A stretch of 64,000 nucleotides of DNA. Origin: Tubulanus polymorphus (lineage: Eukaryota; Animalia; Nemertea). The stretch spans positions 13,182,957 through 13,246,956 of the forward strand of contig NC_134030.1 of the NCBI RefSeq assembly GCF_964204645.1. Direction: 5' to 3'. Position numbers and translations under genes: made by a program. Under the pieces are notes generated by a model. That model was given only the letters and a program-made list of their open reading frames with translations. It made no database searches and had not been told where the DNA came from. This document shows positions 1-12,300 of the stretch, piece by piece (within the stretch, counting starts at the first letter, position 1; every line of letters starts with the position of its first letter).

Positions 1-650
1 AAGTGGGTCGTATACCTTACTTGCGTCACTTAAAATCTCGCGCTTAGTAGCAAAATTATTTGTAATGTTTGGTTTTGTCGAGAAACTAAGTAAATCATTA
101 TCAACATTCCAATGAAGACCTAGAAATTTAACGATATCCGACTCATCTAAGATCCCTTCAGAACGCGCGAGTTCACGCGTAGATTTGCAATTTGTCGCCC
201 AAGACCGCAAATTGAATTTTGCATCTGACATTATTTTGCGCCTCTCGTGGAAATAGTGATCCAGCTGATCCGGGGATGAATATGAAACTCCAAAGTTATC
301 AACATATACATTTGTAAGCATTGAAGATGCAACAGCAGTGTTGTATTCGGACAAATGTTTGATGACTGTAGAATTTAAGATAAAGGGAGATGAAGTTGCC
401 CCAAATAAAACATTTTTGAACCTATAATGAATGAACCTACTCTCAGGATCAGCTGGGTCACTCAACCAGAGAAAACGAGTGTAATCTCTGTCGCTGTCTG
501 TAAGCAATATTTGTAGAAAAGCCTTTTCTAAATCGGAGATGGCAGCGCACCCGTGAAGCCGAAAACGGATAAGAATGGATGTAATATCGTGTTGCAGTGG
601 AGGACCGGCCTCCAAACAATATCCAAAAATATCTACCTTCGCTACAACTG
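1..650 (-). pseudogene. Bel/Pao reverse transcriptase fragment (frameshifted)
   Basis: Manual translation of the minus strand gives RFKNVLFGATSSPFILNSTVIKHL and YVDN motifs; the frame is broken relative to ORF 458-1711. Confidence 0.8.
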
Positions 651-1711
651 CAATCAAAAACAATGCGTACTGGCGTTGTTGCAGATTCGCGGAAAACAGG
701 GTGGCGCGGGATATAATGCACATTATTCGCGTCGATTTCATCGGGCGGAATTTCTTCAATAAAATCGCGCGCTCTCTGATCATTTATTAGATCAGAATAA
801 AGTTTCAACATAGGAGGATCTTTAGCTAGTCGACGCGCCGTTGATCGCGTTCGTGCATTAGAAACATTGAAGTTTGAAGGTAGAGTGTCAAAATCGTCCT
901 TCCATGGTAGCGGAGCAATATAACGACTGGTTTGATTTCTCGTAATTGTACTATTATATCGATGCATGAAATCTAATGTATCGGAATCATTGGTGTCCGT
1001 AAGAATCTGAATTTCCCAAAACTTCTGCAACTTTGCATTATCAGAAGAATGACTACGTACAATGGTAAGCATAGATAAAACAGTAGAAGTATGAGAATCA
1101 TTATGGACAGGTCCAGATAAAACATACCCAACTTTGGTTTTGACAGCAATGGGATCAGACTCAAATGGACCCTTGATTAATTCACCCTCAACTAATTTAT
1201 AATACTGATCGGCCCCTATCAGCATTTGTATGACGAATATGCCAGACATGGAAGACGGTGGGTGAGCTAAGTCTAGGCCAATAAGATGAGGACAATCCTT
1301 TGCTCTATTTACCGATGAATTTCTAAGCGTTGAAGCAATCGTATCTGTTACGATTAGCTCAACCGTAACAATTTCAGTCCGACACTGAATGGCTAAATTC
1401 ACGACGTCCATTGCTCGACATTCAGAAGTTTCTGCGCCGAATCCTGATAGTTCTATTATTTCGCGTCTAATAGGCTTTAAATCCAAGGAAGTGGCTAAAT
1501 CTTGCGAAATAAACGACCGTTGCGAGCCGTCATCAAATACTAGGTTCGCTGATGCGCATGAATTCTCGACGCTAGGGACAAAAACGCTGACGACCGCGGT
1601 TTTCAGAAGTATTGAATTATTAGAACTAGTAAACATTTGAGTTGTGCGATTACGACGCGGCGCGGGACGTGAAACAGTCCGAGGTATAGAGCGTGGAGCA
1701 GGACGTGGCAC
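458..1711 (-). CDS. Bel/Pao aspartic protease domain and start of RT
   Basis: ILLKTAVV...ANLVFDDGSQRSFIS, MLIGADQYY, KTKVGYVLSGP, LPWK, TTPVRIVFD are typical of Pao pol. Confidence 0.88.
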   Translation of the reverse strand: MPRPAPRSIPRTVSRPAPRRNRTTQMFTSSNNSILLKTAVVSVFVPSVENSCASANLVFDDGSQRSFISQDLATSLDLKPIRREIIELSGFGAETSECRAMDVVNLAIQCRTEIVTVELIVTDTIASTLRNSSVNRAKDCPHLIGLDLAHPPSSMSGIFVIQMLIGADQYYKLVEGELIKGPFESDPIAVKTKVGYVLSGPVHNDSHTSTVLSMLTIVRSHSSDNAKLQKFWEIQILTDTNDSDTLDFMHRYNSTITRNQTSRYIAPLPWKDDFDTLPSNFNVSNARTRSTARRLAKDPPMLKLYSDLINDQRARDFIEEIPPDEIDANNVHYIPRHPVFRESATTPVRIVFDCSCSEGRYFWILFGGRSSTATRYYIHSYPFSASRVRCHLRFRKGFSTNIAYRQRQRLHSFSLVE

Positions 1712-2336
1712 GGTATTGTTGTCTGGCTATATACCTGAGGCCTGTTGTTCATTCGACTTAGATGTTTGACCTTGCATGTTGCTGTTTAAAATATCAGGGC
1801 ATATGCTGCTGTGGTGCTTACGCTTGCAAGTTTTGCAATTAAATCGTGACGTACATGTAGCAATTCTATGAGGGCCTAGACAGTTATAGCACAAATTGTT
1901 GGTTTGTTGGTTTGTATAAAGGCAATGCGTTGGTCACGCGTTACAAACTCCCTGCAATTCACTAATTAGTTAGTGGGCTTTCAGATCAGAGGGCGAGAGG
2001 GCGAGACACCACTCATCACCACAAGTAATTTTTTTCCCTAATAAATGGGGGATAGAAAAGCATTCTTAGCAACAATAAATAACAGAATAAAACCAGCAAA
2101 AAAACAATTTGAAATAAAAAAGTTAGTTGATGTTAAAAAAGAAATTGAACATAAAATATTGAAATTAGAAAAGATAAAAACTAAATATGGAGAGAAAGTA
2201 ATCTAAAACTAACAGTAATCTAACATTTCTATATGTAATATCTTTATTAAAATCTATTGTTGGAATATTATATTTAATTGATTTATTATATTGGAAAGCT
2301 TTTGGAAAACTATCTACCATTTATATAATTAAAAAA

Positions 2337-2771
2337 TTAATAATTTATTAATTCTTTTAATAATTTATCTTGTTCTTCAACTGTTATATGACCATTTATA
2401 CTTATTATATAATCTAGTGTATTCTTTAATTTATTAATTTCTTTTATATTAGTTTTAATTTTTCCTTTATTACTTTTTATATTTAATTTTGAACTTATAC
2501 CAGTTAAAACACTTGAACTTAATCCTAATACACCAATTGAAATAGCTAAAGGTGTTAATGGACTGAATATTGCTAGAAATGTTATTACAGAACTAATTGT
2601 AACCGAACCACTAATAATAAGATAATATATAATTTTACTTTTTAAATATTTTTTATTTTTTATCTTTAAGTCACTTTCAAATTCTAATATTTGTTTTGCT
2701 AAATATATTTTTAATTTAGTTTTATTTATATCATGAGGAATAATATCAATACTATCAACTTTATCTTCCAT
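2337..2771 (-). CDS. Polinton 144-aa two-TM membrane protein (intact copy of the disrupted gene at 16639-17073)
   Basis: Hydrophobic hairpin IIYYLIISGSVTISSVITFLAIFSPLTPLAISIGVLGLSS; TAAATG start; near-identical to 16639-17073. Confidence 0.8.
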   Translation of the reverse strand: MEDKVDSIDIIPHDINKTKLKIYLAKQILEFESDLKIKNKKYLKSKIIYYLIISGSVTISSVITFLAIFSPLTPLAISIGVLGLSSSVLTGISSKLNIKSNKGKIKTNIKEINKLKNTLDYIISINGHITVEEQDKLLKELINY

Positions 2772-2884
2772 TTATTTAGAAAAAAAATTACTAATTAGTA
2801 AATTTATATGCTACAAATATAACAATAACAGTTCCACCTAAAATCCATATTATTTCATATTTCTGTTGTTCTTTACTTGGGGTA

Positions 2885-4812
2885 TCATAGCCGGATAAAT
2901 TATGAAATAATATTGGTACGAAATTAACCTTTCTTAGCTTGTTAATTGCAATCTTCATGAGCAGCTCCACGATATTTTGAATTTAAATGATCATGATCTC
3001 TAACTTTTTTATCAAATGAATAAAAACGTTTTCACAATAACACAATGAGTTGCATAATTAAAATCAATTTCATCTTCTTTTGTCATAAATATTCTTTTAT
3101 TTTTGTTTAATAATTTTGCAAAATCACTTTCTAATTCAATCATTTTGTTACAAAAATCATTAACTACATCTTCACCTCTAAAAGAAATATATTGACTTTC
3201 ATATAATTCAGGATAATTTGATTTTATATAAATTCCATAAGCAGCAGCTCTTTGATGAACTTTTTTAATTGTATTTATAATTGGCGGATCTTGTGTTGTG
3301 TCTTCATTTAATTCATTTCCTTTATCCATTGATTTTAATAATTGCTTTTTGTTATATATTTCTTTTCTATCTTGATCAGTTAATTCTTTATTCAACGATT
3401 CAAAATCCCCATAAATTACAAATGAAACAATATTCTTAAATTTATGATTAGAAAATTTCAATTTATAATCTTTTTCTGTTGGCATTATTAATTTACAAAA
3501 ATCTTTATTATCCCATAATTCTTTATGTTTTAATAATGTATTCTCAGTCATAAATTTAGATAAACATTTTCTACATAGATAAATTTTATGATGATGATCA
3601 CTTTCTGTTCTAAAGAATAAGTCAATTTGTTTTAACCACATATAATGTTCATTTTCATCTTTTATGTAATATAACAAATCTATAGCATTTTCATCATCAT
3701 AATATTCTGTTAAATATAAAGCTTCCAATGTATAATCTTTAATATTTTCACCTTTTGTCTTTGGTAATTGCATTAATTCGAATACATTTATTTTTAAATT
3801 ATTAACTTTTTCTATTTTAGAAATCATTTTTATAGTTACTGGATATTGATCAATTTTATATAATGTTTCATATTTCCGATAATCTGTTATTCTACAAACA
3901 TTTTCCTGTGTTGGATGTAAGCAACTAATAATTGACCATAGAAAACATTTATTATCTTCATTTTGAATATTTATTACTGCTTTTGTTGTAAATGGTAATT
4001 TAATATAAGATGATGCTTTAATATCCTTTTCTGTTGTAAAGTTTGAATCATTTTTAAACATTTTATTACTTTTTTATGTTTTATTTATTTTTGTATTATA
4101 AACATTTAAATCTAAATATATAATTTCATTCAATGTTAAGCCAGAACCCTCAAAATATCTTTCTTCAATATGACGTTTAAATTCATTAAATATTTTTTCT
4201 AACTTCTCTTTTATTTGTATTTTTGAAATTATTTCTTCAGAGTGTGTTTGAATATTATAATTCATTTTTTCTTCTGACTTTATAAAACTTACTTTCCCAG
4301 AGATACTAATTTTTGGATATTCAACATCTGTTATCAAATCTAGTATTTGTTCTATTATTTCATTAAATGTACTATAATCTTCTATTGCTGTACCTTTAAA
4401 AAATCTAAATATAATAGCTGCAGGACCAATTTTACTATGTAATGTTTCTAAAATTTCAATTGTATCTTTTTTTTACTTTTTGAGGTTTATCATCAATATA
4501 ATCTTTTCCTAAAACATTATTACTCAAATTTTGATGGTGTTTTTGTGATTCAAGATGTCTATTATAATTTCTTTTTACTATAAATTCATTACAAACTTCA
4601 CATTTTATTTCATCCACATTCATATTTTCTAATCTTTCTTTTCTTTCATTGGAATTTTCTGGAGTTTCAAAATCTATTACATTTTTTATATGATTTGCAG
4701 TTTTTTCATATCGTGTTTTATGAGATGTATCGACGTATTTTTTACAATATGTGCAATAATATTGATTTTTATTAACATTATTGTTGTCTGGCTGGTGTTC
4801 ATTCTCCCCCAT
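2885..4812 (-). pseudogene. Protein-primed PolB N-terminal part (zinc fingers, exonuclease start), truncated
   Basis: ORFs 4456-4812, 4074-4337 and 3012-4061 are near-identical to 9312-11330; DNKCFLWSI, YGDFES and RDHDH motifs. Confidence 0.9.
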
Positions 4813-4956
4813 TTATTAGGGGAAAAAATTACTTGTGGTGATGAGTGGTGTCTCGCCCTCTCGCCCTCTGATCTGAAAGCCCACTTTTCCAATTACTTGT
4901 AATGATCGTTTGAGGTTTTTACGACAAAAGGTACACGTGAATGATTTAGGTCCAAA

Positions 4957-5139
4957 CCCGGGTGATGTGGAAGATTTAAACTAGAATTTTGACCATTCGC
5001 CCCCTTTTGGGCAACTACTAAAGTAAGGGATCTAACCCCATCGAATCCCCGGGTGATGTGGAAGATTTAAACTAGAATTTTGACCATTCGCCCCCTTTTG
5101 GGCAACTACTAAAGTAAGGGATTTAACCCCATCGAATCC
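4957..5139. repeat. 91-bp tandem duplication inside Bel/Pao gag (frameshifting)
   Basis: CCCGGGTGATGTGGAAGATTTAAACTAG...TAACCCCATCGAATCC occurs at 4957 and again at 5048. Confidence 0.9.
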
Positions 5140-6066
5140 AGCTTCTAACACGTCGACTTCTTTCAATAAAACCAGTCTCAGTTCCGATAGAGTATACCTT
5201 TGATTACCGTTATAGCGCACAATACTACATCTAACGTTAGACGGAAGTTTATTCCAGATTAATGAAACAAGCATATCGCTGTAGGACATATCACCTAATG
5301 TTTCAAGAGACCTAATATGACACTCAATTCTATCTCGAAAATTTCGTAATGACGTCAGGTTATATGACGGTGCGGGTTCTGACATCAGAGCTTGCATGTG
5401 AGCATCAATGATAAGGTGCTCTTGGCCATAGCGTTGCGTTAAAATATCGATAGCGTGATGGTAATTTGACTCAGTGAGAGTGAGTCCTTGTATCGAACTC
5501 AACGCTGATCCGGACAGAAGAGATTTCAGATATTGGAATTTCTGGACCGGTGCGATATTTGAAACTGAATGGACTGCTGCAGCGAACGCATCCCAAAACG
5601 GTAACCAATTCATAATCTCCCCATTAAACTCTACCAATACTAATTTTGGCAAGTTGGTTCTAGGTGACGCAAGTTTAGAGGCATTGCTCATCGGTGGAGG
5701 CTCTACGGAATTATATGAGGAAATAGATTGTTCGTAAAACAACTTACGATCTATCGCGTCTCCGATTACCGATTCCGCTTCATCCGCAATTGTCGCGTAC
5801 AGGGTGTCGCACGTGACCATTTCCAACATGGAATCGTTGATGATTGACAGCTCATGTATCTTATCTTCAAGCCTCTTGGTTAAGCGCTGAAGTTTTTGCT
5901 GATCTGGAAGTTGAGCTGTCTGGGTATTGACGATTGTGTTACTCTGCGTCTTTGCAGATATTCGTAACCTGTCCTCTTTGAGCAGATCTTTTCCGGAAGA
6001 GAGCCTGGTATTCGGATGAGTTGGTGACTTCTTCGCCCATCTTGATCGCTGAATCCCTGTTTTCAC
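5032..6066 (-). CDS. gag: Bel/Pao gag (DUF1759-like)
   Basis: LPKLVLVEFNGEIMNWLPFWDAFAAAVH...QKFQYLKSLLSGSA...NYHHAIDILTQRYG. Confidence 0.88.
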   Translation of the reverse strand: MKTGIQRSRWAKKSPTHPNTRLSSGKDLLKEDRLRISAKTQSNTIVNTQTAQLPDQQKLQRLTKRLEDKIHELSIINDSMLEMVTCDTLYATIADEAESVIGDAIDRKLFYEQSISSYNSVEPPPMSNASKLASPRTNLPKLVLVEFNGEIMNWLPFWDAFAAAVHSVSNIAPVQKFQYLKSLLSGSALSSIQGLTLTESNYHHAIDILTQRYGQEHLIIDAHMQALMSEPAPSYNLTSLRNFRDRIECHIRSLETLGDMSYSDMLVSLIWNKLPSNVRCSIVRYNGNQRYTLSELRLVLLKEVDVLEAGFDGVKSLTLVVAQKGANGQNSSLNLPHHPGIRWG

Positions 6067-6071
6067 TTATT

Positions 6072-6086
6072 GCTCGAGAGGGACCA
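6072..6086 (-). promoter_or_regulatory. Primer-binding site (tRNA-Tyr-like) of the Bel/Pao element
   Basis: Minus strand TGGTCCCTCTCGAGC lies 3 nt after the LTR end CAACA. Confidence 0.65.
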
Positions 6087-6089
6087 CAA

Positions 6090-6333
6090 TGTTGGTGAAC
6101 GACTGTAATGGTACTGTGATCCTCTGGTTATTGGTAAGAGACAACGTTACAAGACCTGGTTACTGTATACTGACTTCCTGGGAACATTTATTCGGAGCTT
6201 ATATACAACAATTATGAAAGAGAGGATTATTTTGACATTTGAATGGTTTTGAGTTTGAACAGTTTTGGTTGATTTGGTACATGTAATATAGTAGTATAGT
6301 ACTGTAATATAAGCCTATATACAATTCCCGACA
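6090..6333 (-). repeat. Bel/Pao 5' LTR
   Basis: Minus strand runs TGTCGGGAA...CCAACA with an internal AATAAA and an adjacent PBS. The partner LTR is outside the window. Confidence 0.7.
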
Positions 6334-7329
6334 CTAACATAGTAACGTTTAGAATTTATTTGCCATTTATATATAGTTACAGAATATATTGAACAATCAA
6401 GCGTGAACAGCAGTACAGGTTGTTCGCTTTGTAAGGAAGGATTACAGAATACTGCCAGACCATCAATACTACTACTACATTATACGTATTCAGTTATTAC
6501 TTTTTCCAACATATTGAGGGATTTCTATGGAAATTGACATAACATTGTCCAGAAATTAATGGCTCTTCTTGAATCGCGTTTAGAATGTTTCGCATGAATT
6601 AAATCCAGTGACAATACCTTTGACCCCCAAAATCAATAGGGCACATCCTCCTCCTGGGGGTAATCATACTATAAACGGTCCTGTTATCAATGGTTTCGTT
6701 TGAATCGCGATTACAAGTTTTTGGGCAAATGACCACTAATGACCTTGACAATTGACCCCAAGGTCATTACAGAACACCCTCTCTGTGAGGTTTTGATACT
6801 TGTTGTTACAGTTGTATTCAGTAGGCCTTACTAGATGCTTGCATTGTATCCTAAGTAAAACATGGTTCTCCGGGAGTGCCACAAGCAAACCCGCCGATTT
6901 TGTCATATTGAGGAAACGGGGAATCGCGAAATTACAGCAACAGCAGGTTTTATTGTGGAGATATCTGGTGTCGAACAAGGCACCGGGCACATATATTCAT
7001 TACCTGTACCCGGTATATGATAATATATTACTATCGTCAGTCAAAAATTTATCTATACCAACCTCTCAGAAAAAATCCTTGATACTTTCACAACGCGAAT
7101 GGTTGTCTTGCTTAATACAAATACCACTATATCAATACAAATTTGCATTCCAAAATTAAGGTATCACCAAAACATAGTTATGGAATATGTAACAATAACT
7201 CAAGCTTTGAATACCGACCACATATGCAATGAGTTACATTCATACCTTTTCTTGGTGCAAAAAGGAATTCAGCTTAACGGTAAGAATTCCCTGGCTAAAA
7301 CCTATTTTGAGAACATTTCAAGGCAAGTT

Positions 7330-7860
7330 ATTTCTCCAATTCATTTGCGATATAACAATTTGAACCCTGCAAATGAATTCTTTCGTTGCGATAAGTCCGT
7401 CAATGAAATTTAATTAATTTAAACTTTTCGTTTGTAATATTTTTGATTTTAATTGAAATATTTTCTTAATTCTGTGAACGTTTTTTACCTGTTGTACATG
7501 CATGAATATATCACTGTAGCGATGCGATAAATTATCAGAAATGATGAACTTTTAATTTGAAATCCAAGCTAATGATGAAATCAACTGCGATATATTTCAA
7601 TTGGGCGATAATGTTTAATGTAAATCTAGTATTAATGAACAGTTAATCTGTAGTATCTTTTAATTCAAATTGTATAATTATTTGTGTCCTCATGTTATTC
7701 GTTATACCGTACAGCAAAATGTGAACTTATTTAATACATCAATAATATGAATGAATCGACCTAAGATTGTATCTACCTGCACTCCATTCAAAGTGGAAGT
7801 CTTTTGCCAACTTTGAAGAATTGAGGATTATTACCTAGGGGATTTTTACTGCTATACGTT
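7330..7860. repeat. Non-autonomous interspersed repeat, also found at about 28550-29240 and 39400-40520
   Basis: Shared blocks such as TCAATAATATGAAT...GACCT(T)AAGATTGTATC and TTACCTAGGGGATTTT; boundaries approximate. Confidence 0.55.
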
Positions 7861-8143
7861 TGTGGAAGCCTATAATGGAAGCATTCACAAGGAACGGTAT
7901 ACAAATTGTCAAAGCATTTGGTTTTGTGGCGGTCACATTTTTTATGATTTTAGGAATGTTGACGAATTGATAATTTTGATATACTTTGTTTAGAGATTTC
8001 ACTTACAAGCTGTCATTTCCACGATATGAAAGTACGATGCTGGACAGGTTTCAAATTCTGAGATAACATGTGAGATAACATGGCCATGATGAAAAATAGA
8101 AGGAAGTCCCCATAACGGCTGTTCCGTCGTGTGGCTCCTAACA

Positions 8144-8296
8144 GGTGAATGTGGAAACCTTTGGCGGTGGGGTGTTCACTCAGGGGCTGCTCTCAGATCA
8201 CTAATTTTAACTTGTTGAAATAAGGAAACTTCAACATTACACATCAGAGAGCTGCACCTGACTGAACATCCCACCGAAAGTGGACACATTCACCCC
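8144..8296. repeat. Imperfect ~55-bp inverted repeat (MITE-like hairpin)
   Basis: GGTGAATGTG...GGTGGGGTGTTCACTCAGG...CTCTCAGAT versus ATCAGAGAG...CCTGACTGAACATCCCACC...CACATTCACC. Confidence 0.6.
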
Positions 8297-9235
8297 AAGT
8301 GACCACAGTCACCCCACATTACGGTAAATTATTTGTATCGAAGAAAACGGATTGATTTATTACAATAATTTGGTTAATCATTCTTCACATCACATTCCAC
8401 CATCCACATGCGTATAAATTTCAACAGATCCGACAGTACAGATTTTACATCTGAACAAAATTGTTATTCTTGAAAAACAGTAGACGATAATGCGGGTTCA
8501 TGTTCATAGTGGAGACTTCGCTCTCTAGTTGGCCTTTTAAAGCTGATATTTTTGCGTTCAGATTTTCGCAAAACACCTCATGTTTATTTCAACGAGGCCA
8601 CTTTCAAAATGCAGCTCCTTGGGAATTGGGCAATGGAAAAAGCTTTAATGAATGATTTATAAGAATATATGCTCAGTTGCAAAGTCAAAGAAACCCCAGT
8701 GAAGTTGGTTACTTGTACGTAGCTTATTCCTTATTCCGTTGCTTTTTCAAATATCTCCTCCAATAAGGAATATCGTGACTTTTCCCGATTTGGTTTTCCA
8801 CGTAACCGGTTCGACTTTTCTCGTTACATTATTATCAAAAGGGCGTATGAGGATCCGATGCAATCATCTCTGTACGGGGTTAAACACGGTCCGGGCACTT
8901 GAAGATCCGAGGAAATCATCCCTGTACACAGTCTGGGGCACGTCATAAATCTAGACAATCGACTGTGTGTGGGAAAAACGAACACTTCTGACTGTCAGCC
9001 ACAATGAAAAAGAATTGTATTACACATTTGCCTTTAGGGCTCGAGTCCGAGAAGCTCTAACAAGAGTAGCCTCGTTTATTTATGGCAACTAGAAGTTATG
9101 TTGCGATGTGTTGTTTATCCAAGTTTCTGTTAGGTCAACTTATATTTAAATCACTAAAGTATTTGAATCACGAAAAGTTGCGTCCGTGTCATTTTTTCCA
9201 TGTCTGATTCGAATCCGAATGAATATATGCGTCCC

Positions 9236-9316
9236 AGTAATAGGAAGATGTGGGTTTCGTACCAGAGGACAAGACACCACTCATCACCACAAGTAATTTT
9301 TTTCCTAATAAATGGG
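9236..9316 (+). repeat. Left TIR of the Polinton (contains the polB start codon at 9312)
   Basis: Reverse complement of 25237-25326, apart from an extra 8-bp GAGAGGAC unit on the right. Confidence 0.95.
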
Positions 9317-12300
9317 GGAGAATGAACACCAGCCAGAAAACAATAATGTTAATTAAAATCAATATTATTGCACATATTGTAAAAAATACGGTGATACATC
9401 TAATAAAACACGACATGAAAAAACTGCAAATCATATAAAAAAATGTAATAGATTTTGAAACTCCAGAAAATTCCAATGAAAGAAAAGAAAGATTAGAAAA
9501 TATGAATGTGGATGAAATAAAATGTGAAGTTTGTAATGAATTTATAGTAAAAAGGAATTATTATAGACATCTCGAATCACAAAAACACCATCAAAATTTG
9601 AGTAATAATGTTTTAGGAAAAGATTATTTTGATGATAAACTTCAAAAAGTAAAAAAAAACAACTTCAAAAACTAAATCCATTTCAAATAAACCTTACATG
9701 GAAAATGTTAGAAATTATATTGATTCACTAGAAATAAAAGATTCAATTGAAATTTTAGAAACATTACGTAGTAAAATTGGTCCTGCAGCTATTATATTTA
9801 GATTTTTTAAAGGTACAACAATAGAAGATTATAGTAAATTTAATGAAATAATAGAAAAAATATTAGATTTGATAACAGATGTTGAATATCCAAAAATTAA
9901 TATCTCTGGGAAAGTAAGTTTTTTAAAGTCAGAAGATAAAATGGATTATGATATTCAAACACTCTCTGAAGAAATAATTTCAAAAACACAAATAAAAGAG
10001 AAGTTAGAAAAAATATTTAATGAATTTAAACGTCATATTGAAGAAAGATATTTTGAGGGTTCTGGCTTAACATTGAATGAAATTATATTTTTAGATTTAA
10101 ATGTTTATAATACAAAAAGAAATAAGACATCAAAAAGTAATAAAATGTTTAAAAATGATTCAAACTTTACAACAGAAAAGGATATTAAAGCATCATCTTA
10201 TATTAAATTACCATTTACTACAAAAGCAGTAATAAATGTTCAAAATGAAGATAATAAATGTTTTCTATGGTCAATTATTAGTTGCTTACATCCAACACAG
10301 GAAAATGTTTGTAGAATAACAGATTATCGGAAATATGAAACATTATATAAAATTGATCAATATCCAGTAACTATATTTAAAAATGATTTCTGAAATAGAA
10401 AAAGTTAATAATTTAAAAATAAATGTATTCGAATTAATGCAATTACCAAAGACAAAAGGTGAAAATATTAAAGATTAAACATTGGAAGCTTTATATTTAA
10501 CAGAATATTATGATGATGAAAATGCTATAGATTTGTTATATTACAAAAAAGATGAAAATGAACAATATATGTGGTTAAAACAAATTGATTTATTCTTTAG
10601 AACAGAAAGTGATCATCATCATAAAATTTATCTATGTAGAAAATGTTTATCTAAATTTATGACTGAGAATACATTATTAAAACATAAAGAATTATGTGAT
10701 AATAAAGATTTTTGTAAATTAATAATGCCAACAGAAAGAGATTATAAATTGAAATTTACTAATCATAAATTTAAGAATATTGTTCCATTTGTAATTTATG
10801 GGGATTTTGAATCGTTGAATAAAGAATTAACTGATCAAGATAGAAAAGAAATATATAACAAAAAGCAATTATTAAAATCAATGGATAAAGTAAATGAATT
10901 AAATGAAGACACAACACAAGATCCGCCAATTATAAATACAATTAAAAAAGTTCATCAAAGAGCTGCTGCTTATGGAATTTATATAAAATCAAATTATCCT
11001 GAATTATATGAAAGTCAATATATTTCTTTTAGAGGTGAAGATGTAGTTAATGATTTTTGTAACAAAATGATTGAATTAGAAAGTGATTTTGCAAAATTAT
11101 TAAACAAAAATAAAAGAATATTTATGACAAAAGAAGATGAAATTGATTTTAATTATGCAACTCATTGTTGTTATTGTGAAAAACGTTTTTATTCATTTGA
11201 TAAAAAAGTTAGAGATCATGATCATTTAAATTCAAAATATCGTGGAGCTGCTCATGAAGATTGCAATTTACAAGCTAAGAAAGTTAATTTCGTCGCAATA
11301 TTATTTCATAATTTATCAGGCTATGATACCCATCTATTTATAAAACAATTATCAGGAAAATTGGGTTCAATTAATCAAGAAATAGAAGAATATAATGCTA
11401 TGAATGGTGTAAATGTAAGAAAATATGATTTTAAACTATTAGCTAAAACATCTGAAAATTATATTTCATTTCAATTTGGTTGCATTAGATTTTTAGATTC
11501 TTATAGATTTCTAGCAAGTTCATTAGATAATTTATTAAAAAGTTTAGTTGATAATGATTTTGTTATAACTCGATATTATTATCATTCATTATAGAATGGT
11601 AAAATTTTATCTAAAACAAGGAATGAAAATAAAGAAAGTACATAGATATATTGAATTTAATCAATCGAAGTGGTTAGAAAAATATATAGATTTCAATACT
11701 CAACAGAGAACCATATCAAAAACAGATTTTGAAAAAGATTTCTTCAAATTAATGAACAATAGTTTTTATGGAAAAACATGTGAAAATATTAGAAATAGAA
11801 ATGATATTGAATTAGTAAATAATTCTGAAAGATTAAGACATTTACAATCAAGCCCTAGACATTTAAGAAATAAAAGATTTGAAGATTATTTAACAGCAGT
11901 GAAATTAAAAAGAACGTCAATGAAATTTAATAAACCTATATTCATTGGTTCAACTGTTTTAGAAGTATCAAAATTATTAATGTATGATTTTTATTATAAT
12001 GTTTTACAACCACTTTTTGGGGAAAAGCATATTGAAATATTATATTTTGATTCTGTAACAGCTGATACCCCAATATTATTAAAATGTAATGATAAAATAT
12101 TGATAAGAAGAATTTCAGAAATAATTCCAAAACAAAATGAATGTTATATTTCATATGGTGAAAAAGAATTAATACAAATAAATGGTTTAATGGATGTTTG
12201 GACAAGAAATGGATGGAAAAAATTAAAGAATATTATTAGGCATAAAACAAATAAGAAAATCTATAGAGTTAGAACTAAATTAGGGTTTGTAGATGTTACA

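Larger units (their letters stand above)
1961..4897 (-). mobile_element. Internally deleted, non-autonomous Polinton of a sister subfamily to 9236-25326
   Basis: Inverted termini AGTGGGCTTTCAGATCAGAGGGCGAGAGGGCGAGACACCACTCATCACCACAAG at 1972 and its complement ending ...CCAATTACT at 4897. Internal segments match the full element at about 25241-25085, 16525-17200 and 9312-11330. Confidence 0.92.
1..6333 (-). mobile_element. Bel/Pao LTR retrotransposon (5' part, decayed), interrupted by a deleted Polinton; continues beyond the window start
   Basis: On the minus strand, in order: LTR, PBS, gag (LPKLVLVEFNGEIMNWLPFWDAF), Cys/His knuckles (CYNCLGPH...CKTCKRKHHSSIC near 1800-1900), protease (FDDGSQRSF), Pao RT motifs (TTPVRIVFD, FGATSSPFIL, YVDN) toward 1-650. 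Confidence 0.92.

Noticed and set aside
1953-1971. TSD for the mini-Polinton
   Set aside because: The left terminus is degraded; TGCAAT (1953) versus TGTAAT (4898) is imperfect and offset, so no TSD is claimed.
553-5737. Plus-strand ORFs over the Bel/Pao and mini-Polinton genes, and similar antisense ORFs over later elements
   Set aside because: They are shadow ORFs opposite recognisable coding sequence.
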